A DNA stretch of 64,000 nt, taken from assembly GCA_950097015.1 (NCBI GenBank), contig CATNEN010000034.1, forward strand, positions 6,572,001 through 6,636,000. Direction: 5' to 3'. Both the position numbers and the translations under genes were made by a program. The DNA comes from Macrostomum hystrix (Eukaryota; Animalia; Platyhelminthes). A model generated the notes under the pieces. The model saw only the letters and a program-made list of their open reading frames with translations. It had not been told where the DNA came from and did not search any database. Shown piece by piece: positions 12,101-34,352 of the stretch. Within the stretch, counting starts at the first letter, position 1. Each line of letters begins with the position of its first letter.

Positions 12101-13574
12101 TGGGACATTGCCAAACATTCCTTATCCGTTACTTTTACACTTTCGTTATGACCATGCAATTACTGTGGATGGCTGTGAACCAAACAACAGCGCGAAAAGT
12201 CATTACAGAATTGCATTACAGGCTCTATGTAGTAAATGTTCGAGGTTGTCGGCAAACATAACCTTTTTTAGCCGCAAACATTTGGCTTTTTTCTCTTTGC
12301 TTTTAATTTCCCCTCAATAAATTAGCAGTAACTTCAATGAGAAAATCTTGCTTTATTGATTACGCTCGTAAATTAAAGTTCTCCAAAGAGTGAGAATATT
12401 ACGAGTTACAATTAACTTACAATGCCAGTTATTTTGTCCATCACAGTTACCTACGTCCATGAAAATGGATTAGAATATATATAGCAGCCGAGTTGCTAAG
12501 ACCTAGTCATCTTAAACAAAGGTCTCGCGTGCCTACTTAAACATTTACCAATTGTCAACGTATTTCCTGGAATTAATTATTTTCTTTGCTTCCCAAAAAT
12601 CGACTTACTTAAGGTGAATTGGCATGCGCTTTCTGATTGGTTGCTATTTTTAGTAATAGAAACTTGGATCTTCCGAGTTTCAAACTGCATGAAAACTAAC
12701 TGCGCTTATGCAGAATGTGCGAGAAGCAGGACTTTGGGAGATTTTTCAAAGTTGCCTACAGGTCCTGAATTCCCAATAAATGACCAGCGACTACGAACTA
12801 GAGATTTAGACTTCAGATTGAGAGGTGTTGGGAGAGGGAATCCATAACAAGCCGAAAAAATGAAAATTTCCCTCCAGGTCGTTCGATAAAGTCTCTCGTC
12901 AGTCCGCTTGGGGCTCGAATTCTCACCTGGCCTCGCCCGCCCTGTTCGAGCCGAGCTCCGGCCACCTCAGCCGGCTGACTATGGGCCGCCGCAACTCTCA
13001 GACAATGCAGAGCATTGATGTCACCTCACATTTCGACGTGGTCAATCTGGAAACCGAGCCAATTTTTCATCGCTCCGGCGGCGCGTCGACAAGCGTCGAC
13101 GAAGAAGCGCGTCGCAGCCTCCTTAGCTATCTGCGCTCCTCTTCGTCGTCGTCTCCGCCGCCGCCACCCCCGCCGCAGACGACATCGATGCCGCCGCCGC
13201 GTCCGTTGTTCGACTCCGTTGACGCCTCCTCTTCGACGGCGCAGTTGGTCCGCTCGCGGCCGCAGCCGTACGAGGCCGTTGTGCGCGAGGTTCGGCACGA
13301 GGTCAGCTACGTGCAGCCGGCCACGCTGTCAGCTCAATCCTACACCGTCGGCACCGTCAAGCCAGACGAGGACAGTCGCGGCGGGGCGAGCCGGGCGAAG
13401 TCGGTTGATTTGGACGCCCAACTGGACGCTCTGCTAGCCATGGAAGCTGTCCGCGGCAGCTCGTCGCGAAATGTCACCACCAAAACGACGACGACGACCA
13501 ATAGAACGGTTGGGAATGGCAGCGCCTTCTATCGGAATCAGTTTGAGGAGCTGTCGCTAACCAAGTTTGACTGA
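105..13574 (+). CDS. Spectrin-repeat plus Ig I-set muscle protein (Zormin/sallimus/titin-like), 5' partial
   Basis: Phase-consistent GT-AG exons: 105-273, 890-1084, 1593-1823, 2683-2835, 3035-3209, 3715-4416, 5823(or 5835)-6108, 7900-8219, 9908-10110, 10181-10465, 11123-11322, 12878-13574(stop). The early exons are amphipathic helical, spectrin-like (FYDRLLHWEARWQEARSLP..., MEEWQRRWDRRQAELDMRL). Six I-set Ig domains follow (e.g. GEPILLQCQVRGAPNPDASWLKD...DAGVYKCLATNEAG; DEGLYSVQLRNPAG; DEGDYSLIAENAEG), then a Pro-rich low-complexity tail. The N-terminus lies upstream of the window. Confidence 0.85.
325..822. repeat. Intronic minisatellite, 21-bp AATCAGATTTCAATCAACTGC, about 24 copies
   Basis: Direct reading of the sequence. 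Confidence 0.97.
1290..1495. mobile_element. Partial copy of the same MITE-like repeat
   Basis: GAATATCTCGACGATGCTGAC.TCGGACGGC.TTGAAAGTT...AAAATCGGTCATTC.GTTTGGGAGC is shared with 17761-17876. The end TTGAAATACCCCCC..GGTGG resembles the reverse complement of 17483-17499. Confidence 0.55.
1827..2665. repeat. Intronic minisatellite, 21-bp CACAGCTGCAACTGGATTTCT, about 40 copies
   Basis: Direct reading; fills almost the entire intron 1824-2682. Confidence 0.97.
3228..3712. repeat. Degenerate C-rich intronic repeat (CCCTCACCCACCCCATCATC-type)
   Basis: Direct reading of the sequence. Confidence 0.85.
4520..5150. repeat. Intronic minisatellite, 45-bp GAGGGAATCGAGGCTAAATCCTTCAATAGGGATGGGGATTATTGT, about 14 copies
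   Basis: Direct reading of the sequence. Confidence 0.95.
5405..5747 (+). mobile_element. tRNA-derived SINE, family A (longest copy)
   Basis: A-box TGGCAGAGTGG and B-box-like GCTCGATTCC. The body is shared with 19645-19818 and 48185-48384, and it has a 3' (TTA)n tail. Confidence 0.8.
6185..7410. repeat. Intronic minisatellite, about 28-bp AAATAGCGTGGTCTTTCCCCAG(G)n
   Basis: Direct reading; variation is almost only in G-run length. Confidence 0.96.
8315..9870. repeat. Compound intronic array: 20-bp CCGATGCTTCAGAGACTCTT (8315-9135) grading into 20-bp CCCGATCCCTTAGGTAATCT (9320-9870)
   Basis: Direct reading of the sequence. Confidence 0.96.
10550..10850 (+). mobile_element. tRNA-derived SINE with CORE-like central domain (family B)
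   Basis: A-box TAGCCTAGTGG (10561) and B-box GGTTCGATTCC (10605), then GTGTCCTTTAGCAAGACGCTCAACTC..CTTCAGTTCACCCAGCTGTTAAATGAGTAC (about 10635-10698), which resembles the CORE domain. The 3' boundary is uncertain. Confidence 0.7.
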
Positions 13575-14569
13575 TATTTTATTAACTACTTTAACTAATT
13601 GCTTTGGTTGCGGTGTTAGTTTTTTTAGTAAGTTTGACAAAGAAAAGGTCTTAGCAAACTAGTAATCTATTTTTAGCATCAAACGAACCAGCAAGGATGA
13701 CTTTCAAAATTTTATTGGCTGACATCAGTCACGTGCTGCGTACTTAAAAATGGGGTTCCCACTCGAATTTCTAAAAATAGCAACAATGCGATGCTTGGCG
13801 TATCAAGTTTTGACAAGTTTGATATTGAATTTATTACAATTTTTGAGCGTTTTGCCGAATTTTTCTAACATAATTTCTAATTTATTTAAACATTATCTCC
13901 GCAAGAAGAAATTAACAAGTGATTAGCTCGTAATTGCGCCATCGATTGCCTGTCGTTCATATTTTTACAAAACGTATTTAAACATAGTAAGAGTTTTGAC
14001 TTTAGCAATACTTATTAGCTACATAACTACATATTATATTATTAAATGCTCCATTCCAACTAATTGTACTCTATTTGTACGTCACTTTAAACATGTTTAT
14101 GATAGGAATTAAGCTCATTTGTAATATGTTGTGCACCAACTGCTGTTGACCAGCATATTTATAATTATTAAACATTATTTTTATACTGAAAACTATTTTC
14201 TGTTAAACGTAAAAATAAACAAAAATTTTATGCGAAAAAGCAAATTTTTTTTCACTTATTCAACAAATGAAAACAGAGAGGTGCATATAATTTACGCTAA
14301 ACTTATTGGATAATTGTTTTTCATAGTCTTTTAGTCAGTACAATGCGCGCATGCAGTTAAAATAACAGTAGCAATAGTAACGCACAGATAACGCACAATA
14401 ATAAGAGCTTGTTAATCTACTCACCATTTTAGTTGTCTAAATTCTATGAAAATAACCATAATAAATTCGCATGGTAATTTCATTGAACAACTTCGATTGT
14501 CTTCTATGATTGGATACGCCGAATGAACTATACCATTCAATAATACATCCCATCCGAAACCATAGTCAC

Positions 14570-15950
14570 ATCCCCTCACACACCGCATCTCATCCCACAC
14601 CGCATCCCATCCCACCCCACACCGCATCCCATCTCATCCCACACCGCATCCCATCCCATCCCACACCGCATCCATCCCCACACCGCCTCCCATCCCACAC
14701 CGCATCCATCCCCACACCGCCTCCCATCCCACACCGCATCCCATTTCACACCACATCCCATCTCACACCGCCTCCCATCCTACACCGCCTCCCATCCCAC
14801 ACCGCATCCATCCCCACACCGCATCCCATCCCACCCCACACCGCATCCCATCTCATCCCACACCGCATCCCATCTCATCCCACACCGCATCCCATCCCAT
14901 CCCACACCGCATCCATCCCCACACCGCATCCCATCCCACACCGCATCCATCCCCACACCGCCTCCCATCCCACACCGCATCCATCCCCACACCGCCTCCC
15001 ATACCACACCGCATCCCATTTCACACCACATCCCATCTCACACCGCCTCCCATCCTACACCGCCTCCCATCCTACACCTCGAAGCAGTGCCGATGACGCC
15101 TACCCGTGAGGCTGCCCTGGAGGCGTCTCACCGACACCTGCTGAGGTCGGCGCTTGGCATCCGCTACCCTGAGACTGCGAGCAACGCCGAGCTGACCGCG
15201 AGAGCCCGTGTGCCCTCCCTCGCTCGTTCCCTGCAAAGGCGTCGGCAAATGCTGGCCGGCCACTGCCTGCGGGCTCATGCGAGGGGTGCGGGCCCGCCGC
15301 TCGCGACCCTTCTGCTCAACCCGCCCAGTGAAGGCCTTCGACGTGGACAGGGCCGTCGCGTGACTCTACTTGATTGCCTTTTAACTGACTTGCAGAGTCT
15401 TGGCTTCTCCCCTCAGGCTGCTGCCAGGGCTGACTCCCGCGTTTTTCGGCAGCGTGTGTTCGCTGCAGTTTTCTAACCTCCGCAGCGTCCGTTATTATTA
15501 TTATTATTATTATCCTACACCGCATCCCATCTCACACCGCCTCCCATTCTACACCGCATCTCATCTCACACTGCATCCCATCTCACACCGCCTCCCATCC
15601 CACACCGCATCCCATCTCACACCGCCTCCCATCCTACACCGCATCCCATCCCACACCGCATCCCATCTCACACCGCATCCCATCCCATCCCATCCCACAC
15701 CGCATCCCATCACATCCCACACCGCATCCCATCCCATCTCACACCGCATCCCATCCCATCCCATCCCACACCGCATCCCATCACATCCCACACCGCATCC
15801 CATCCCATCTCACACCGCATCCCATCCCATCCCATCCCACACCGCATCCCATCACATCCCACACTGCATCCCATCCTACACCACCTCCCATCCTACACCG
15901 CCTCCCATCCCACACCGCATCCCATCCCACACCGCATCCCATCCCACACC
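14570..15950. repeat. 17-bp CCCATCCCACACCGCAT array interrupted by a LINE
   Basis: Direct reading; lies between the convergent Ig-protein and aPKC genes. Confidence 0.93.
15079..15511 (+). mobile_element. 5'-truncated RTE-like LINE 3' end with (TTA)n tail
   Basis: ORF HRHLLRSALGIRYPE..SNAEL..RRRQMLAGHCLR resembles the post-RT C-terminus of RTE-type elements. It ends in (TTA)7 and is flanked by the TSD ATCCTACACC (15069-15078 and 15512-15521). Confidence 0.8.
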
Positions 15951-15969
15951 GCATTGCACTGCTGGACAG

Positions 15970-22548
<6,579 letters not shown>

Positions 22549-23303
22549 AGTTGGCCTCTCTCACTGTGCCTGATCTCCCATCGCCTCTGTTCTTTTATAC
22601 CTGATCTATTTTTACATAATTGGCTGTTTAGATTTTTTTCAATCATATCAGAAAACCAGACCCGGAGATCCGTTTCTGACTACTTCACTTAGTAGGTCGG
22701 TAGTCTCGGTTCAATAATTTTGCACCCCTCTGTTGTCAGCCCGTATTCTTCACTTTAAAACTGGGTACTTTTCTTCCTACATTATTTCTCCCCTCTTCCT
22801 CTCATTTTCTCCCCTCTCCATCTTACTTTCTCTCCTCTTCCTCTTACTTTCTCTCCTCTTCCTCTCACTTTCTCTCCTCTCCGTCTCACTTTCTCCCCTC
22901 TCCATCTCACTTTCTCTCCTCTCCGTCTCATTTTCTCCTCTGTTCTTCCCTAGTTTGTCGCCTCTTCCTTTCCCCTTATATTCTCCCCTCTTTCTCTCGA
23001 TGTATCCTCTATTTTTAATTTGCACCCTATTGCCTGAAATCCTTCCATATTCTTATGTTTTTTCATGACAAAAGCAGCTGATTTACTCAAACTGTACTCT
23101 TCAATATTGCACTTTGTACATTTAAGAGAGAATGCATAATGTGACGTCATTTCTCAATTTAGTATGGCATGGTCACAGGGCCTATCTAACACGCTCGAAT
23201 ACACAAGCACACAGATTTTCTGACACGTGAGAAATGAAAAAATATCTTTATCGAAATAAATTTACGGTCCTTATCAGCTGGAAAGGTTAGAAATAATTTC
23301 TAG

Positions 23304-29141
<5,838 letters not shown>

Positions 29142-29344
29142 CTCTTTATGGCGCGATTAAACCTGACTTTACTAATAGTATAAGTGGCAAACAATGTGTA
29201 ATTTAGTGAACAACCCTAACGAGAAGGGATTTGCTCCACATTGAGAGGTAATAAAAATATACAAAAGGTTATATTTTCATTAAAAAATAACTTCTGTATA
29301 TGCATCGTCAATTATTTTGGAGTTTGGGAAGGTTCACGCCCCAC

Positions 29345-30310
29345 TTAGGAGGATAGAGAGGGGCGTAAGGTGGTTGTTAAAAGGAGGGGTGCGAGGATAG
29401 AGTGGGGCCGACGCGCTCGCCAGGCAGGGCAGAGGCCTTCCGCAGGACGAGGTTCGCGTCCACGCGGGGGCCATCCGGGCAGCAGTCCGACAGTATCTAG
29501 CCAGGGAGGCCAGGGCGATCTACACCAAGGAGGTCCCGGCGGAGCACCCGCACAGACAGTGCATGGGCTTGCCCGCTCCCGCTCGGGCCGCGGGTCGCGG
29601 AGGTGGCCCTTTTGCAGCTCCGGGCCAACCGGGCCCCCTTCCTCCAAGCCACGCAGCATCGTTGGGGCCGGACGGCGAGCCCCGAGTGTCCCCACTGTCA
29701 GGCCCCAGTTGAAGACTCCGCGCACTTCCTGCTGGTCTGCTCCCGGTGGCAGACAGAGCGTCAGCGGTTCCTCAACGGGGCTTCCTCGATGTCCCTACTG
29801 CAAGAGCACCCGGAGCGGGTGCGGGCCTACCTGGAGGCGACGGGCGCGCTTGCGTCTTTAGGCCGGCGGGCCAGTAAAGAAGAAGAAAAAGAAGGATAGA
29901 GTGAGGCGTGAGGTGGTTGCTAGAAGGCGTTGTGCTAGGACAGAGTGGAGCGTAAGATGGTTGTTAAAAGGATTGTTGCGAGGATAGAGTGAGACGTAAG
30001 GTGGTTGTTAGAAGGCGTTGTGCTAGGACAGAGTGGGGCGTAAGATGGTTGTTAAAAGGATTGGTGCTAGGATAGAGTGAGACGTGAGGTGGTTGTTAGA
30101 AGGCGTTGTGCTAGGACAGAGTGGAGCGTAAGATGGTTGTTAAAAGGAGGGGTACGAGGATGGAGTGAGGCGTGGGGAGGCTGTTGAAAGGAGGGCGTGG
30201 GGATAGAGTGGGGCGTGAGGTGGTTGTTGGACAGATGGGTGCAGGGATAGAGTGGGGCGTGAGGTGGTTGTTGGACAGATGGGTGCAGGGATAGAGTGGG
30301 GCGTGAGTTG
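29345..30310. repeat. 43-bp unit array 2, interrupted by a LINE
   Basis: Same family as 26870-27160. Confidence 0.88.
29409..29892 (+). mobile_element. 5'-truncated I-superfamily-type LINE (RNase H end plus CCHC), frameshifted
   Basis: DALARQG resembles the terminal helix of RNase H. After a frameshift near 29580-29600 comes LLQLRANR...CPHCQAPVEDSAHFLLVC (zinc knuckle). It has a (GAA)n-like tail and the TSD AGGATAGAGTG at 29394-29404 and 29893-29903. Confidence 0.78.
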
Positions 30311-30821
30311 GTTGTTTGATGGAGCTGGTACTAGTGGCTATATCAAGGTTTAAAGAAAGAACAAGTAAAAGCCAATAAGTCAAGACTTATTGTAGAAGTG
30401 TTCAATTACAGTAACATGGATATTAAAGAATTCCATAGTGAACAGAAAACGATGTATAAGTTTTTAAAATTTAAGCATAGCTATTCGTCTCTCGCAAAGC
30501 TATTTTCTAAAGTATGGGTGCTATCGCAAATAAATGTACTATTGCAACATATTAACATTATGCCAAATACAACAACGTGCGTGCGTGGAGTCAATCAGTC
30601 GATTAGTTATTCACTTTAATTGATGATATGCGCATATTTTATTACGATTATTTTTAAAATAAGCAAAAAAGCAAAGAATACCAAAAGAAAGACTGCATTC
30701 ACCGAATACACTATGAATTGCTTCCAGCAGCTACAGTTTGTGTAGAACAGACAGCCCAAGTAGAACTCAAACTAAGCCCAGTTCCCAAATCCCATCCCAT
30801 ACATCCAGAATCCCATCAATT

Positions 30822-32300
30822 TCAAGCCATCCCAGCCGCAGCCGTGAGCAGGCCGGCCAGCCTGCGGCTGAGCTCCAGTCCGGGAAGATAAGGCCACACG
30901 GCGCTGGCTTCCAGGCAGCCAATCAGAAATCCGCACCCGACGTCCAATGGGAAGTGCCGGCCAAGCAGCACCCGGGAGGCCGGCACAGTCAGCAGCCACA
31001 GGGCGGCTAGCGGATGCAGGCGGCTGCTGAACTGCAGCAGGCAGAGCATCATGCCGCACTTGCTGGCGTGACCAGACGGAAACGAATAGTGGTCCACGGA
31101 CACTGTGGCCGTCATGTCCGCTGCGTGGTTCTTGCCTGAACGAATTGCAGGATACTAATATAGGGCACTAATATAATGCCCATAAATTTAAATTAATCCC
31201 TATTTGCACTAAATCCTCAAATCAAAATTTAATATCAAGCCCTGCAACCAGACCATCCAGATCCCCTATCGGATCTAACTCTGCACCCAGATCTCCAATG
31301 GGATCTAACTCCGCACCCAGATCCCCAATGGGATCTAACTCCGCACCCAGATCTCCAATGGGATCTAACTCCGCACCCAGATCCCCAATAGGATCTAACT
31401 CCGCACCCAGATCTCCAATGGGATCTAACTCTGCACCCAGATCTCCAATGGGATCTAACTCCGCACCCAGATCTCCAATAGGATCTAACTCCGCACCCAG
31501 ATCTCCAATAGGATCTAACTCTGCACCCAGATCTCCAATGGGATCTAACTCCGCACCCAGATCTCCAATGGGATCTAACTCCGCACCCAGATCTCCAATG
31601 GGATCTAACTCCGCACCCAGATCTCCAATGGGATCTAACTCCGCACCCAGATCCCCAATGGGATCTAACTCCGCACCCAGATCTCCAATAGGATCCAACT
31701 CCGCACCCAGATCCCCAATCGGATCTAACTCCGCACCCAGATCCCCAATCGGATCTAACTCCGCACCCAGATCCCCAATCGGATCTAACTCCGCACCCAG
31801 ATCCCCAATGGGATCTAACTCCGCACCCAGATCCCCAATCGGATCTAACTCCGCACCCAGATCCCCAATCGGATCTAACTCCGCACCCAGATCCCCAATG
31901 GGATCTAACTCCGCACCCAGATCCCCAATGGGATCTAACTCCGCACCCAGATCCCCAATGGGATCTAACTCCGCACCCAGATCCCCAATCGGATCTAACT
32001 CCGCACCCAGATCCCCAATGGGATCAAGCTCTGCTAACCTGGCCTTCGTCGCCGAAACGCGGCCTTCAGGCAGCCGACCAGCAGCAGGTCGAAGAGCTGG
32101 CTGGTGAAGAGCCGCAGCCACAGCAGCTGACAGTCAGCTCCGCCAACCCGCAGGGCGAACAGAATCGCCAGCAGCGGCAGCAGCAGCCCTGCGTGGGCGG
32201 ACACCTCTAGCAAAACTGCGACTCGACGGAGAGGTGCTCCTGGCCGAGCCAGCAGCGACAGCCGGTCGGACAGAGCGGCATCCAGCTCAAGCACCCGATC
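30822..32300 (-). CDS. PLPP6: PAP2-family polyisoprenoid/lipid phosphate phosphatase (PLPP6/PLPP7-like); start Met not found
   Basis: Exons 32300-32039 and 31135-30822 (576 nt). PAP2 motifs LKAAFRRRRP, VDHYSFPSGHAS and SRVLLGRHFPLD. The first exon begins at acceptor CATTAG|GATCGG and contains no in-frame ATG. Confidence 0.85.
31255..32030. repeat. PLPP6 intronic minisatellite, 30-bp GGATCTAACTCCGCACCCAGATCCCCAATG, about 26 copies
   Basis: Direct reading of the sequence. Confidence 0.97.
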
Positions 32301-32454
32301 CTAATGGCCACAGTCAAGGCGATAGGGGAAAAGATAATAATGATTTGGGAGATTTATCGTGTTTTGCCTCGTCTAAGGGTCTCTAACTTTCAGTGAGGCT
32401 TTTTAGGTGTTTTGGATATTAAAGGTCAGGCGTTTTGGGAATTTGGAATCCCAC

Positions 32455-33030
32455 CGGTCAGGTGATTGATTTGGGAATTAGGAATCTCAGAGGCCAGGTG
32501 ATTGATTTGGGAATTAGGAATCTCAGAGGCCAGGTGATTTGGGAATTAGGAATCTCAGAGGTCAGGTGATTTGGGAATTAGGAATCTCAGAGGTCAGGTG
32601 ATTTGGGAATTAGGAATCTCAGAGGTCAGGTGATTGATTTGGGAATTAGGAATCTCAGAGGTCAGGTGATTGATTTGGGAATTAGGAATCTCAGAGGTCA
32701 GGTGATCGATTTGGGAATTAGGAATCTCAGAGGCCAGGTGATTGATTTGGGAATTAGGAATCTCAGAGGTCAGGTGATTGATTTGGGAATTAGGAATCTC
32801 AGAGGCCAGGTGATTGATTTGGGAAATAGGAATCTCAGAGGTCAGGTGATTGATTTGGGAATTAGGAATCTCAGAGGCCAGGTGATTGATTTGGGAATTA
32901 GGAATCTCAGAGGCCAGGTGATTGATTTGGGAATTAGGAATCTCAGAGGCCAGGTGATTGATTTGGGAATTAGGAATCTCAGAGGCCAGGTGATTGATTT
33001 GGGAATTAGGAATCTCAGAGGCCAGGTGTT
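32455..33030. repeat. 36-bp AGGTGATTGATTTGGGAATTAGGAATCTCAGAGGYC array
   Basis: Direct reading of the sequence. Confidence 0.96.
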
Positions 33031-33664
33031 TTGGAACCAGGGAATGATGAATTCGGAAATGAGGATCTAACAAATAATGAGGACAGATTTCGGAACTTTT
33101 GGTTTGACTAAAATATCAGGTTAGTCTCGTTTTTCTCCTTTGGGAAGAGGATTTGGGAAAATGTGCGTTTAAATGAGAAAAAGTCGGCTTTAAAGTCCGA
33201 AAGCAAAGATGATCTACTCAGCGCCAAAAATATATTTTTCAACTCAATCGTTGCAATTAGGTAGTTATCCAAAAAATACTCTTAACAAATGAAAAATTAT
33301 GTAGAATAAAGGCTATTGCAAATAGAATCTATAGGTTAAAAGTGCATCTATGGCAGGAATTACCTTTTGAATCGGAACACTAGCATAGATAAATAAGAGA
33401 AAATATGAATTTGAATAATCCTAAATAAATCAATGAATAAAATAAGATAATAGATTAAATTTTCTAACGAAAACTGCAATTATGCAAAAAATTAAAAATA
33501 ATACTAAATACTAATAATATTAAACGACTTCAACATACTGTGCCAACAAGTACATTGACGATAGTGGCATAAAAATTCTGAGCAAAAAACTGGCACATTA
33601 TTGATTGTATCCTTTTGTTAGCACCAAAGGTACGTGCTGGAATACCATGTGTACTTCGTGGATG

Positions 33665-34075
33665 AGGGGGCAGGTCTAACGAGTGTACATTGTGGGGGCA
33701 GGTCTAGCGAGTGTACATTTTTTGGGTGAAGAAGCTAGTCTACCGAGCGCACATTGGGGGTGAGGAGGCAGGTCTAGCGAACGTACATTTGGGGGGTGAT
33801 TTGGCAGGTCTAGCAAACGTACATTTGGGGGGTGAGGGGGCAGGTCTAGCGAACGTACATTTGAGGAGTGAGGGGGCAGGTCTAGCGAACGTACATTTGG
33901 GGGGTGGGGGGGCAGGTCTAGCGAACGTACATTTGGGGGGTGAGGGGGCAGGTCTAGCAAACGTACATTTGGGGGGTGAGGGGGCAGGTCTAGCGAACGT
34001 ACATTTGGGGGTGAGGGCAGGCCTTACGAGTGTACATTGGGGTGAGAGGGACAGGTCTATCGAGTGTACATTGGT
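33665..34075. repeat. About 36-bp GGGGCAGGTCTAGCGAACGTACATTTGGGGGGTGA array
   Basis: Direct reading of the sequence. Confidence 0.92.
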
Positions 34076-34352
34076 GTGATGGAGCTGGTGAACATAGATT
34101 TACATAATCCAAGTTGGTGTACATAGAAACAAAATAGGTCTTGGTCTCTAGCGGAAGATTGGTCGTAGAAACCTTGTCAGGAAAAAAGGAGAAAAATGGA
34201 GCATTCCAACTAGCAATAATAGAATTGGAACTAGAAAAAAGACAAAATATCTAAGAATCACAGAAATGTTATGATAAGAATGATAAGAATAAAAAATTGA
34301 ATTTAAGTACAGCGCAACTTGCGATTTTCTCATAATCTAAGAAGATTAATTC

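Noticed and set aside
31222-32121. 299-aa ELDPIGDLGA repeat ORF in frame near PLPP6
   Set aside because: It lies inside a GT-AG intron whose removal restores the PAP2 motifs. Other repeat ORFs (e.g. 1576-2754, 8242-9322, 18401-19225, 59902-60459) are rejected for the same reason.
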